Assembly (NCBI RefSeq): GCF_900232105.1
Contig: NZ_LT934425.1
Coordinates: forward strand, 1,620,001-1,652,000
DNA length: 32,000 nucleotides
Direction: 5' to 3'
Source of the DNA: Candidatus Kuenenia stuttgartensis
GTDB lineage: Bacteria > Planctomycetota > Brocadiia > Brocadiales > Brocadiaceae
Position numbers and translations under genes: made by a program. Shown one piece after another: positions 23,262-32,000 of this stretch (positions are counted from its first letter, which is position 1; every line of letters begins with the position of its first letter). Under the pieces are notes generated by a model. That model saw only the letters and a list, made by a program, of their open reading frames with translations. It had not been told where the DNA came from and did not search any database.

Positions 23262-24128
23262 TCACTTTGCACCGTAAACATGTGCGCTATCTTCCGCCGA
23301 AGGTAAATAATTTAAACCAACGAAGGTGAAGTTTACAATACCAAAACAAACCAACAACCAGAACGATAAGATAACGGCCATCTTTGATTTGCTTACTTTC
23401 ATTTTGGGCAAAACAAGGGGGGTATGCAGATAGGCCAAATACGCAAGCCATGTAATCAAAGACCATGTCTCCTTTGGATCCCACGACCAGTAGTCTCCCC
23501 AAGCCTTTTTCGCCCATACTGCGCCGGTAACCATTCCCAAGGTAAGAAAGGGAAATCCGAAAGCAACGATTTTGTAACTCAGCTTATCAAAATTCCTAAC
23601 CGACATTTCCTTGCCGGATCCGCCGGACTTAATATCGACTTGTTTCTTAGAAAAGGGTTTTACAACCAGATATATTATGCTGGTAACAAACGCAATGCCA
23701 AAAGCGGCATATCCGAGCATATAGGTTATAACGTGTACTAACATCCAATTGCTTTTTAATGCGGGCATGATTGGTCTTATTGTGTCGTCCTGAAGGGTCG
23801 CATAAAGCAAAATAAGCATTGCAAGAACAGAGGATAATGCGCCTACCACCCTGAAATCATAAATAAATTCAAAGATTATATACACAAAGGCGGTGCAACA
23901 CGCATAAAATATAAGAGATTCGTATAGATTGGAAAACGGCGGATGCCCCGCTTCTATGGAACGTTTTAATACGAGCGTTAAGTTAAAACAAAATGCCAGG
24001 ATAAGAAGCCCTAGTGATGTCCATTTAGCAGGAACAGACATCCATATTTCTCTTACAATATAAGCGATTGCCGCTAATACATATACAATTAAAGTAAGAT
24101 TAACTATACTCATTTTCCGCCACCTCAT
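23262..24128 (-). CDS. ccsA: System II cytochrome c biogenesis protein CcsA (ResC-type)
   Basis: 288 aa and polytopic. It carries the Trp-rich haem-handling WWD motif WGDYWSWDPKETWSLITWLAY. Confidence 0.85.
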   Translation of the reverse strand: MRWRKMSIVNLTLIVYVLAAIAYIVREIWMSVPAKWTSLGLLILAFCFNLTLVLKRSIEAGHPPFSNLYESLIFYACCTAFVYIIFEFIYDFRVVGALSSVLAMLILLYATLQDDTIRPIMPALKSNWMLVHVITYMLGYAAFGIAFVTSIIYLVVKPFSKKQVDIKSGGSGKEMSVRNFDKLSYKIVAFGFPFLTLGMVTGAVWAKKAWGDYWSWDPKETWSLITWLAYLAYLHTPLVLPKMKVSKSKMAVILSFWLLVCFGIVNFTFVGLNYLPSAEDSAHVYGAK

Positions 24129-25989
24129 TTTCTTTTTTTAGTTTTTTACGCAAAAAAGGTTTTACGTAAAATATAAATACAACGCCAACACATAATGCTG
24201 CAAAACCGGCATAAGCCACAGGAATACCGGGGTCTTTTACTATTTGCAAACCAGAATAACTCAACTTTTCAGGATCATAACTGGATTGATAAATTGCGTA
24301 ACCATCGTATTTTAAAGGGTCGTTTACCTTGATTGATTTTTCTATTATAGTCTGGTTGTTTTTTACTATCCTCAAATCACTAACGTAATGTTTAATAGAT
24401 TCCCCGGTAGATTCGTAAAGAACTGCAAAGTTATTATCTTTATACCATGTAGCGTATTTACTGTTTGCAAACAACCACTCTTCTTTTTTCCCGCGTGGTC
24501 CATTGATTCTCACGTGTATGGCTGGAGTACCCACCTGGTCAGATTTTTTGACTACATCTTGTTTTATGTTGAAAGAAGGGAAATATCTGGTAATTATTAG
24601 CTGAAGATCATTATTCGCAAACGAATACTGTTTGTTCAATTCCCACGGCATGGTTTCTAATATCTGTTTATCCTTTATGTAAACGAGTTTTTGGTTTCCG
24701 TCGGGAGCCTGACAGACCCTGATTACGTTTCTTGTCATATGCGCTTTTGCAATACCGCTACAGGAAATCTTTATGTTCTCATATTTTAAGGGATGCATCT
24801 TATCCCAATCAGGAAAACTTTCAAATATCCAGCGTTTTTCTAAGCCGTCAGGCCCTTCTATTTCAACGTGTACGGCAGGATTGTTTGCCGGCTGTTCGCT
24901 AACAGGCCTTTTGTCTCCGTAATTAAGCACATATTCCAATATTCGCAGTGAGTACTCCGATGCACCTAGTTTAAATGTCTTATTCAATTCCAGCGAATAA
25001 TCCTGAAGAATTCCGAGATCAGGAACAGAAGCCGTTATTTTTGCATCAACATTTTGTACCGTAGTTACTGCGTTATCAAATTCCTGCTTAGAAGGCAACC
25101 AGATATATTCCAGCCGCAAGTCTTGCTTCTTTTCATCATGATAATTATTTGCGTGCGCCAGTAGCCAACCTTCCGCAAGGGCTCTTTCCGACCCGAGGAG
25201 TTTAATAAAGACAGCCGGGTTATCCGGCCTGTCTGATTCATTAACAGGTTCCTGTCGTAACTCTGCGTCCGGAACATAGTCATTAATGACCACATTATAC
25301 TCTGAGCCGGGTATCCGCTGTCTTTTACCAACCTTTACCTCTAATATCTTCTGTTTATCTTTATCTTTAACATACGTTGTAAGTTGAAATTTTGGTTCAT
25401 TTTTTTCGAGGATGAAGTTGTCGAGCGCAATTGTAAAGGGCAGAGGTTTTTTAATATAATCCGTCCGGCCCATACTGTCTATTTTTTGCGTTAAAAAGTA
25501 ATCAACCGATTTCCCGATATAAACATTTACACCTCCCTTAACCCCCATCTGAAACTTAATCACCCCACCCAACAATATCAAGATCAAACTGAGATGCGTA
25601 AGCACAAAACCAGTTTGCAGAAAGGTGTTCCGCCATCTCCTTATAGTACAACATATGAGATTTGCGCACAGCATTACCAAAAGTAACGAAAACCAATGTG
25701 AATAAAAAACATTATTTAATTGTGTTATTCGAACAACCGTAGCAAGTCCATATCCATACCGTGCCGTATATTCTTCAAATGACCTTCCCTGAACAATGAA
25801 TGTTCCCAGCACACATGCAACGGCCATTAACAGGATAATTATTACGGCTAGTTTGACCGAGCAGAAAAAATCCCAGACCTTGTTTGTATCTTTTCTTTTC
25901 TTTTCTTCAGACTTGTTTACGCCTATTTTCTTTTCATCAACTATGGTTCCGTTTTTAACACGCGTCGATTTCCCTTTACTACTTTCCAT
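24100..25989 (-). CDS. resB: System II cytochrome c biogenesis protein ResB/Ccs1 family, long form
   Basis: 629 aa. The N-terminal FFCSVKLAVIIILLMAVACVLGTFIVQG is ResB-like. It has a large soluble middle region and a C-terminal transmembrane segment. It overlaps the ccsA start by 29 nt. Confidence 0.75.
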   Translation of the reverse strand: MESSKGKSTRVKNGTIVDEKKIGVNKSEEKKRKDTNKVWDFFCSVKLAVIIILLMAVACVLGTFIVQGRSFEEYTARYGYGLATVVRITQLNNVFYSHWFSLLLVMLCANLICCTIRRWRNTFLQTGFVLTHLSLILILLGGVIKFQMGVKGGVNVYIGKSVDYFLTQKIDSMGRTDYIKKPLPFTIALDNFILEKNEPKFQLTTYVKDKDKQKILEVKVGKRQRIPGSEYNVVINDYVPDAELRQEPVNESDRPDNPAVFIKLLGSERALAEGWLLAHANNYHDEKKQDLRLEYIWLPSKQEFDNAVTTVQNVDAKITASVPDLGILQDYSLELNKTFKLGASEYSLRILEYVLNYGDKRPVSEQPANNPAVHVEIEGPDGLEKRWIFESFPDWDKMHPLKYENIKISCSGIAKAHMTRNVIRVCQAPDGNQKLVYIKDKQILETMPWELNKQYSFANNDLQLIITRYFPSFNIKQDVVKKSDQVGTPAIHVRINGPRGKKEEWLFANSKYATWYKDNNFAVLYESTGESIKHYVSDLRIVKNNQTIIEKSIKVNDPLKYDGYAIYQSSYDPEKLSYSGLQIVKDPGIPVAYAGFAALCVGVVFIFYVKPFLRKKLKKENEVAENEYS

Positions 25990-26169
25990 TATTATAAGAA
26001 CCTATAAATAAATTTTTTTAACAAATTAAACCAAACAACAAAACAGTATGATGCATTAACGAATGTTATCCTTGATATTACGAATGCAATTTTGGCTGTT
26101 TCTTAAAAAAATACGTGATCAGCAGTTTTTTTTACCCTCAAACTCAATACGTAAAAACTTACTGCCCTT

Positions 26170-26188
26170 TATGTAAATAATTTACATA
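26170..26188. promoter_or_regulatory. 19-bp perfect palindrome; candidate operator upstream of resB
   Basis: tatgtaaat-a-atttacata, about 180 nt upstream of the resB ATG, in an AT-rich leader. Confidence 0.25.
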
Positions 26189-26483
26189 AAAACAACAAAC
26201 CAAAATCCAGCACTCAGAGTTCCAAAAAAATCAAAGAAATGGAAAATTCTTTAGGGCCAGAACCATGTGTTCGATACTTTGCATTGCGGATTGGAGATAA
26301 TGCAGCCAAATGTTTTAATGAAAAGCGGAAAGGTTTCGACGATAGCGATGGTGGAAAAAATAATCCCGCAAAAACAGCTTTTCCTTTAAAAATATCCGCA
26401 AAATATTCTCAGCATAGTTAAAAATACCCGGTTTCTGCGAATACGCATTATAGGTTCTTTCGTTCTCAATTATTGCCGGCTAG

Positions 26484-27155
26484 TTACTCACGAAACAAGG
26501 CTTCTTTTGGCGGTAAGGATGCCACTGTAGGCAAGATTAAAAATTCAACTCTCCTGTTTTCCTTTTTTCCAGCCGGAGTAGTGTTTGGTGCTATAGGACG
26601 GTTAGGTCCGAAACCAGCAATATGTATCCTTTGCTCCGGAATGTTTCCTTTTTTTGTTAAAAAATGAAAGACACTTAACGCGCGAGCAGCGGATAAATGA
26701 TGGTTAGAATCCCACAAGTGTTTTGTTTTTATAATGGGGTCGCTGTCGGTGTGCCCGTCTATTCGCAGGGAACTGGCAGGATTTTCCTCTAAAAACCTTG
26801 CCATTTTTCTTAAGGCATCCTCTCCATGCGCCTTAATGGTTGCCATTCCGGAATCAAACAGAATCATTTCCGGGAAAAGGATTACAGGCCCTTCAAAGGT
26901 ATCCCGAACAGAAACACCACCGCCAATTGATTCTGCCAGTTTTCGGAGCTTTTCCATTTCTTCTTCGCTGGCTTTGATTTTCTCTGACATTGATGTAAGC
27001 TGATTCCTGTATCTGGCGATTTCATCTGACTGATCCCTTATTGTAATTGCTTGCCGCCTGTTCAAAACCCTCAGTTCGTCCAATTCGGCACAACCCGTCA
27101 TTCCAACAAATACCGCTAAAAGGAAAAACTTTACAAACTTCCTGTATTTAGACAT
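26484..27155 (-). CDS. OmpA/MotB-domain lipoprotein with an N-terminal coiled coil
   Basis: 223 aa with a lipobox-like VGMTGC. The OmpA-like C-terminus reads RIDGHTDSDPI...SNHHLSAARALSV...GFGPNRPIAPNTTPAGKKENRRVEFLI. A good Shine-Dalgarno sequence (gggggagaaaaaatATG) precedes it. Confidence 0.8.
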   Translation of the reverse strand: MSKYRKFVKFFLLAVFVGMTGCAELDELRVLNRRQAITIRDQSDEIARYRNQLTSMSEKIKASEEEMEKLRKLAESIGGGVSVRDTFEGPVILFPEMILFDSGMATIKAHGEDALRKMARFLEENPASSLRIDGHTDSDPIIKTKHLWDSNHHLSAARALSVFHFLTKKGNIPEQRIHIAGFGPNRPIAPNTTPAGKKENRRVEFLILPTVASLPPKEALFRE

Positions 27156-27383
27156 ATTTTTTCTCCCCCGGGTTTAGTTTGAGCAAAATTAAGGATAGCA
27201 AGTACGTAACTGCCAAAAACAATAAAGGTAGACTATAACATCAGATATTATTGTTTTCAAGGGTTTTTTCCGCGAGTCATGGCAACGCCAAAGCATCTAC
27301 AAGCCTTATAAACACGCTGTGAAAACAGGATACGTTGCGGCAGGTTCGTTTTTTTACGAATACGCGCAGAGTGCATTCACAGG

Positions 27384-27767
27384 CTATTTATAAACATTTT
27401 CAGGATCAAATACCTTTTCTTCCACAACCTGAATACTATTTGTCTGTGGAATATATTCCCTGTAATAACAACTCTTATAGCCTGCATGGCATGCCGCTAC
27501 ATGTTGCTCCACCATAAAAACCAGAGAGTTGCCTTCGCAGTCGAAGTATATTCTTTTAACGGACTGAATATGCCCGGATGTTTCTCCTTTCAGCATTAAC
27601 CGATTTTGAGAACGGCGAAACACGTGGATCTTCCCAGTTTCAATGGTTTTTACCACGGCGTCTTTATTCATATAACATAGCGTAAGCGCTTTTCCGTCAG
27701 TAGCATCTGCTATGACTGCGGGGATAAGCCCCTTTTCATTAAAGTGTAATTTTTCCAGCAATTGCAT
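27384..27767 (-). CDS. hisI: Phosphoribosyl-AMP cyclohydrolase (monofunctional HisI)
   Basis: 127 aa. GLIPAVIAD...TLCYMNKDA...FRRSQNRLMLKGETSGH...DCEGNSLVFMVEQ...ACHAGYKSCYY is the HisI pattern. An AAGGAGG Shine-Dalgarno sequence lies upstream. Confidence 0.85.
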   Translation of the reverse strand: MQLLEKLHFNEKGLIPAVIADATDGKALTLCYMNKDAVVKTIETGKIHVFRRSQNRLMLKGETSGHIQSVKRIYFDCEGNSLVFMVEQHVAACHAGYKSCYYREYIPQTNSIQVVEEKVFDPENVYK

Positions 27768-27873
27768 AATGTTTTTAACACCTCCTTCTTTTTGGAATAT
27801 AATACCTTATCAGTAATTTCTTTGCACACTTCCATTCGTCAGTGCGTGCTTTTTGGCAAAATATTTAATGGTA

Positions 27874-28071
27874 AAATACGAAATACGAAACAAATCCTAA
27901 TGATAAAGCATAAAATTCAAAACACACCTAACAACACGACGCACGAAATACGAAAGAGGTTGTAATAATTTAGTATTTTGAAAATTTCCAACAATGTAGT
28001 GCGACTAACCTCGTCGCGCTACAAATGGCAATTTCCAGTTGTCATTAGAATTTGTTTCGTATTTCGTGTTT
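27874..28071. repeat. About 200-bp element bounded by ~30-bp inverted repeats rich in ACGAAAY heptamers (MITE-like or a structured spacer)
   Basis: The core arms are acgaaatacgaaacaaatcctaatga (27878-27903) and tcattagaatttgtttcgtatttcgt (28042-28067), 25/26 complementary. A third copy, acgaaatacgaaa, lies at 27943-27955. An inner hairpin is gtagtgcgac..gtcgcgctac. Confidence 0.7.
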
Positions 28072-28125
28072 CGTGCCTTTTGCTTGTTTGATTATGGCTA
28101 TGCCAGCTTGGGTTATTTTTTAATT

Positions 28126-28785
28126 TCAGCCCGACATTTTACTATGATGCTGTATTATGGAGTACAGTCTCAGTGCGGTATTTTCCGGATTATCCGATTT
28201 CAGTATGCTTGATACAACGGCAATGCCGTTTGCCCCGCTTTCCATAACACTTTCTGCATTATCTACAGTAATGCCGCCCAGCGCAATTACGGGGATTCTG
28301 ATTTTTTCTTTTAATTTCCTGAGCGATTCTGTGCCTGTTGGTTCTACTACCCCTTCTTTAGAAGGCGTCTTGAATATAGGGCCGTAGGTTATATAATCCG
28401 CACCGGAATCCCGCGCCTGCAGGGCCTCCTGCATATTATGTGCGGATATGCCAATTATTCTTTCAAAACCAATGAGATTTCTTACTCTGCTAACCGGCAT
28501 GGACTGCCATCCCAAATGAACACCATCCGCATTTGCCGCAAGAACAATATCAACCCTGTCATTAATAATCAAACTTGCATTAAGACCATGCGTTATCGTT
28601 CTTAGTTCGCATGCCAGGGAATAAATATCTTTGGTTGGCAAGTCTTTTTCTCTCAGTTGTATTGTGTTAACGCCACCTTTTAGCGCTAGTTTTACAGCGT
28701 TGATTAATGGCAGCCGGCTCTGCTTTCTGTCCGTGATCAACACGAAAGCGGGCGAGTATGCCGATTGTTTTCTCTGAAGAGGCAT
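28126..28785 (-). CDS. thiE: Thiamine-phosphate synthase
   Basis: 219 aa with IQLREKDL, VHLG, GISAH, DYITYGPIFKTPSK and ALGGI blocks typical of ThiE. Confidence 0.85.
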   Translation of the reverse strand: MPLQRKQSAYSPAFVLITDRKQSRLPLINAVKLALKGGVNTIQLREKDLPTKDIYSLACELRTITHGLNASLIINDRVDIVLAANADGVHLGWQSMPVSRVRNLIGFERIIGISAHNMQEALQARDSGADYITYGPIFKTPSKEGVVEPTGTESLRKLKEKIRIPVIALGGITVDNAESVMESGANGIAVVSSILKSDNPENTALRLYSIIQHHSKMSG

Positions 28786-28807
28786 GTTTTGTAATAGCGG
28801 TATTGTT

Positions 28808-30262
28808 TTATACGTGCAGCGTTGGTATCAATTTTTTATCAATACGCTGGCTATTTTGTTTTAAAATGGGTGAAACTACCTGTGTTATAAACTCTTCCAC
28901 TTGCTGTACGGATCTTCCGGTAAGCCTGTGAGGGTCAGAAATCTCCCCCATCTTTGCCCGTATTCTGAAAAAGGCAGGGTCTTCTGCGATTCTTTCCAGC
29001 AGGTCGTTTTCGACGCCCTCTTTTTTCATCCTCTCTGCGGATGCTATTGCGTGTTTTCGAATCCTTTCGTGATACTCCTGTCGGTCACCTCCGGCGTTTA
29101 CTATTTCCATAAGTATATTTTCCGTGACCATAAAAGGCAATTCATTTTGAAGATTGCCGGCAATAACCTGTGGATAGATGTTCAATCCTGCAGCAACGTT
29201 TAGCACAATATTTAAGATGCCGTCAACTGCAAGAAATGCCTCCGGGATTGAAATTCGCTTATTGGCAGAATCGTCCAATGTCCTTTCAAACCATTGTGAA
29301 GCCGCGGTAAATGCCGGGTTTAAGCAGTTACAAAGAACATAACGAGCAAGAGCCGCTATTCGTTCACAGCGCATGGGATTTCTTTTGTACGCCATTGCGG
29401 AAGACCCAACCTGGTCTTTCTCAAACGGTTCTTCCGCTTCCTTCATATGCTGCAACAACCGGATATCATTGGAAAATTTGTATGATGATTGTGCAATGCC
29501 TGCCAGGCAAAACATTATCTGACTATCAATTTTGCGCGGGTAAGTTTGCCCCGTCACCGGGTAAAAGCGGTCGAATCCCATTTTTTTTGTTACAAGTTCG
29601 TCTAGTTTCCTGACCTTTTCGGTATCATTATTAAAAAGCAACATAAAACTTGCTTGCGTACCGGTCGTTCCCTTTGCGCCAAGAAAACGCAGTTTCTCAA
29701 CCCTGGTTTCAATCTCTTCGATATCGAAAAGGTAATCCTGCAGCCACAGGCAAAAACGTTTTCCCAGAGTTGTTGGCTGTGCAGATTGGAAATGGGTAAA
29801 ACTTAAAGCCGCAACTTCTTTATAGGCTATTGCCTGGTCAGAGAGGATTTTTATTATATTAATTAGTTTTGCAAGGAGAAGGTTTAGTGCGTCCCTCATT
29901 TGGATCAGGTCTGTGTTGTCCTGTACATAAGCACTCGTCGCACCAAGGTGGATAATGGGCTTTGCCGCAGGACACTGTTCTCCGTATGCGTGAATGTGAG
30001 ACATTACGTCGTGTCGCAGGGTCTTTTCGTATTCTCTTGCCATCTCAAAATTAATGGTATCCTGAAAACGTTTCATTTCACTGATTTGCGCTTCTGTAAC
30101 AGTCTGCAATCCTAGTTCATGCTGTGCTTCGGCGAGCGCTATCCAGAGTTTTCTCCACGTGCTGAACTTGTAATGGTCTGAGAAGATATAGCACATCTCT
30201 TTACTTGCATACCTTTCAGAAAGAGGAGATTGATATTGCTTATAGCGGCTATCTGTTGTCAT
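28808..30262 (-). CDS. purB: Adenylosuccinate lyase
   Basis: It carries the fumarate-lyase signature VGSSAMAYKRNP and PurB-like LSERYASKEM near the N-terminus. I chose the ATG at 30262; the listed ORF start at 30277 is a TTG. Confidence 0.9.
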   Translation of the reverse strand: MTTDSRYKQYQSPLSERYASKEMCYIFSDHYKFSTWRKLWIALAEAQHELGLQTVTEAQISEMKRFQDTINFEMAREYEKTLRHDVMSHIHAYGEQCPAAKPIIHLGATSAYVQDNTDLIQMRDALNLLLAKLINIIKILSDQAIAYKEVAALSFTHFQSAQPTTLGKRFCLWLQDYLFDIEEIETRVEKLRFLGAKGTTGTQASFMLLFNNDTEKVRKLDELVTKKMGFDRFYPVTGQTYPRKIDSQIMFCLAGIAQSSYKFSNDIRLLQHMKEAEEPFEKDQVGSSAMAYKRNPMRCERIAALARYVLCNCLNPAFTAASQWFERTLDDSANKRISIPEAFLAVDGILNIVLNVAAGLNIYPQVIAGNLQNELPFMVTENILMEIVNAGGDRQEYHERIRKHAIASAERMKKEGVENDLLERIAEDPAFFRIRAKMGEISDPHRLTGRSVQQVEEFITQVVSPILKQNSQRIDKKLIPTLHV

Positions 30263-30552
30263 AAAAATGTCACGCAAATTAGTTATTTGAGAAGTGTGAG
30301 TATTTTTTCTTCATTGATATCATTTCCCGAAAGTTACCCGGCAGGCAGTTGCTCCGAAGTTTAGTAGCTATCGTATTACCTGGTAAAAACGTATTTTCCT
30401 GCAAGTATTTGCCACCTCTTTATCCCTCTTCCTTGTCAGGGAGAAAAAAGGAGAGGTTATCTTTGGTTGTGGGCTTACGTGGATTACATGCGCTATCAAT
30501 AGGACGTTATTTTAGCGTCCATGATAATGAATGATTATGAAAATGCAATTTA

Positions 30553-30596
30553 TTAAAATAAAAAAAGGCGTTGCATGTTTGCACGCAACGCCTTTT
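30553..30596 (-). terminator. Rho-independent terminator of groEL
   Basis: On the minus strand, aaggcgttgc-gtgcaaacat-gcaacgcctt is followed by tttttttatttt. The stem arms are at 30565-30574 and 30585-30594. Confidence 0.8.
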
Positions 30597-30617
30597 CCTT
30601 CATGTTAACTATGTCAA

Positions 30618-32000
30618 TTAATGCTTATGAGTTGATGCTCCGGCACCTTCTTTCTCTTCCGGTACTTCTCCAATTATCGCATTTGTAGTAAGCAGTAAGG
30701 CGGCGATACTTGCTCCATTTTTTAGGGCAACTTTTATAACCTTTGTTGCATCAACAACGCCTATTTTGACCATGTCTGCAAATTTACCCTGAAAGGCATC
30801 GTATCCAAAGTTCCCCGTACCTTCCTTTACCTTTTGCAGTATAACCTCTCCTTCCAGTCCGGCATTTTTTGCAATTTGTTTGATAGGCGCTTCAATAGCA
30901 GCGCGAACGATGTTTACTCCAATCTGCTCGTCACCTTTCACAGAGAGCCCATCTAAAACGCTGGACGCCCTTATTAACCCTACGCCACCCCCGGGCAAAA
31001 TACCTTCTTCCGCTGCGGCTCTGGTGGCATGCATTGCATCTTCTACCCTCGATTTTTTCTCCTTCATTTCTGCTTCCGTTGCGGCGCCTACATTGATTTG
31101 TGCGATACCGCCGGAGAGTTTTGCCAGTCTTTCCTGCAGTTTTTCCTTGTCGTAATCGGAGGTTGTTGTTTCTATTTCTGCCTTTATCTGAGAAATTCTG
31201 CTCTGTATCTCTTTTGTATCTCCCCCGCCCTCTGTGATGGTGGTATTTTCCTTGTCAATAACCACTTTTTTTGCAGTGCCTAGATCGGCAAGTTCTATGC
31301 TGGAAAGCGGTATTCCCAAATCTTCAAAAATTGCCCTTGCGCCGACAAGTGCCGCAATGTCTCCCATCATCGCCTTTCTTCTATCGCCAAAGCCGGGCGC
31401 TTTCACTGCAGCAGAATGAAAGGTTCCGCGGAGCTTGTTTACTACGAGCGTACTAAGCGCTTCTCCTTCAACGTCTTCTGCTATTACTAATAACGGCTTA
31501 CCGGACTTGGCAATCTTTTCTAATAATGGCACCAGTTCTTTTATATTCGATATCTTCTTTTCGTGTATTAAGATATAAGGGTTTTCAAATACTACCTCCA
31601 TTGTGTCGGGCGATGTGACAAAATAGGGGGAGAGATATCCCCTGTCGAATTGCATGCCCTCGACAAGCTTTACCGTTGTTTCCAGGCTTTTACCTTCCTC
31701 GACGGTTATAACGCCATCTTTCCCCACCTTTTCCATGGCATCGGCTATTTGATTGCCAATTTCGCTGTCATTATTTGCGGCAATTGTCGCTATTTGAGAT
31801 ATCTCTTTCCTTCCTGAAATCTTGATACTCATCCGGGAAAGTTCATTACACAGGGCGTCAACAGATTTTTCAATGCCATGTTTAACGTCAACAGGATTTG
31901 CGCCCGCAGTGATATTTTTTAAACCTTCTTCAAAAATAGCTTCCGCCAGAATAGTGGCGGTAGAAGTGCCATCTCCTACCATGTCATTTGTTTTTGAAGC
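30618..32000 (-). CDS. groEL: Chaperonin GroEL, 5'-truncated by the window edge
   Basis: The frame stays open to position 32000 (..[22 protein letters not shown], the GroEL AGDGTTTAT region). GroEL-like sequence continues throughout. The C-terminus is [13 protein letters not shown], not a GGM repeat. Confidence 0.9.
   Translation of the reverse strand, partial: ASKTNDMVGDGTSTATILAEAIFEEGLKNITAGANPVDVKHGIEKSVDALCNELSRMSIKISGRKEISQIATIAANNDSEIGNQIADAMEKVGKDGVITVEEGKSLETTVKLVEGMQFDRGYLSPYFVTSPDTMEVVFENPYILIHEKKISNIKELVPLLEKIAKSGKPLLVIAEDVEGEALSTLVVNKLRGTFHSAAVKAPGFGDRRKAMMGDIAALVGARAIFEDLGIPLSSIELADLGTAKKVVIDKENTTITEGGGDTKEIQSRISQIKAEIETTTSDYDKEKLQERLAKLSGGIAQINVGAATEAEMKEKKSRVEDAMHATRAAAEEGILPGGGVGLIRASSVLDGLSVKGDEQIGVNIVRAAIEAPIKQIAKNAGLEGEVILQKVKEGTGNFGYDAFQGKFADMVKIGVVDATKVIKVALKNGASIAALLLTTNAIIGEVPEEKEGAGASTHKH

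Noticed and set aside
26239-26421. 60-aa ORF in the resB leader region
   Set aside because: It has no Shine-Dalgarno sequence and no motif. It is oriented against the surrounding minus-strand transcription unit and is at minimal length for the ORF track.
30278-30617. A purine- or ZTP-type riboswitch upstream of purB, and a TPP riboswitch upstream of thiE
   Set aside because: Reading the minus strand, I found none of the conserved cores of these riboswitches. thiE starts only 22 nt after purB, which leaves no room for a leader.

Overview
Most of this window is an ordinary housekeeping chromosomal segment, with one clearly accessory element at the left edge. I saw no rRNA, tRNA, CRISPR array, prophage or multi-gene defence-like cluster. 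All product calls rest on motifs read by eye from the ORF translations, with no database search.

**Gene content, left to right**
- A complete two-ORF IS4-family-like insertion sequence (4-2775).
- A DUF3820-like small gene.
- An overlapping glycosyltransferase-2 / radical-SAM(SPASM) gene pair.
- gyrA, preceded on the same strand by a tandem NDK-like gene and an MBL-fold hydrolase gene.
- folC and mnmE.
- A CcoI/FixI-like P1B-type ATPase and an ArsB/NhaD-type permease.
- An ABC-F ATPase.
- A long minus-strand run: groEL (5' end outside the window), purB, thiE, hisI, an OmpA-like lipoprotein, resB, ccsA (System II cytochrome c maturation), acylphosphatase, DUF167, ileS and a small membrane protein.

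**Observations most worth a second look**
1. The last ~150 codons of gyrA are readable only by switching frame six times. Each switch is consistent with a single missing base. The other roughly 30 kb of genes are intact.
2. The insertion sequence carries a DUF4338 (DruA-like) ORF translationally coupled to its transposase.
3. A 396-aa protein is built from two NDK-like domains.
4. Several long intergenic inverted-repeat elements occur in the GT2/gyrA spacer, upstream of folC and in the thiE/hisI spacer.

I did not find a convincing previously undescribed multi-gene system. The items above are the best candidates.
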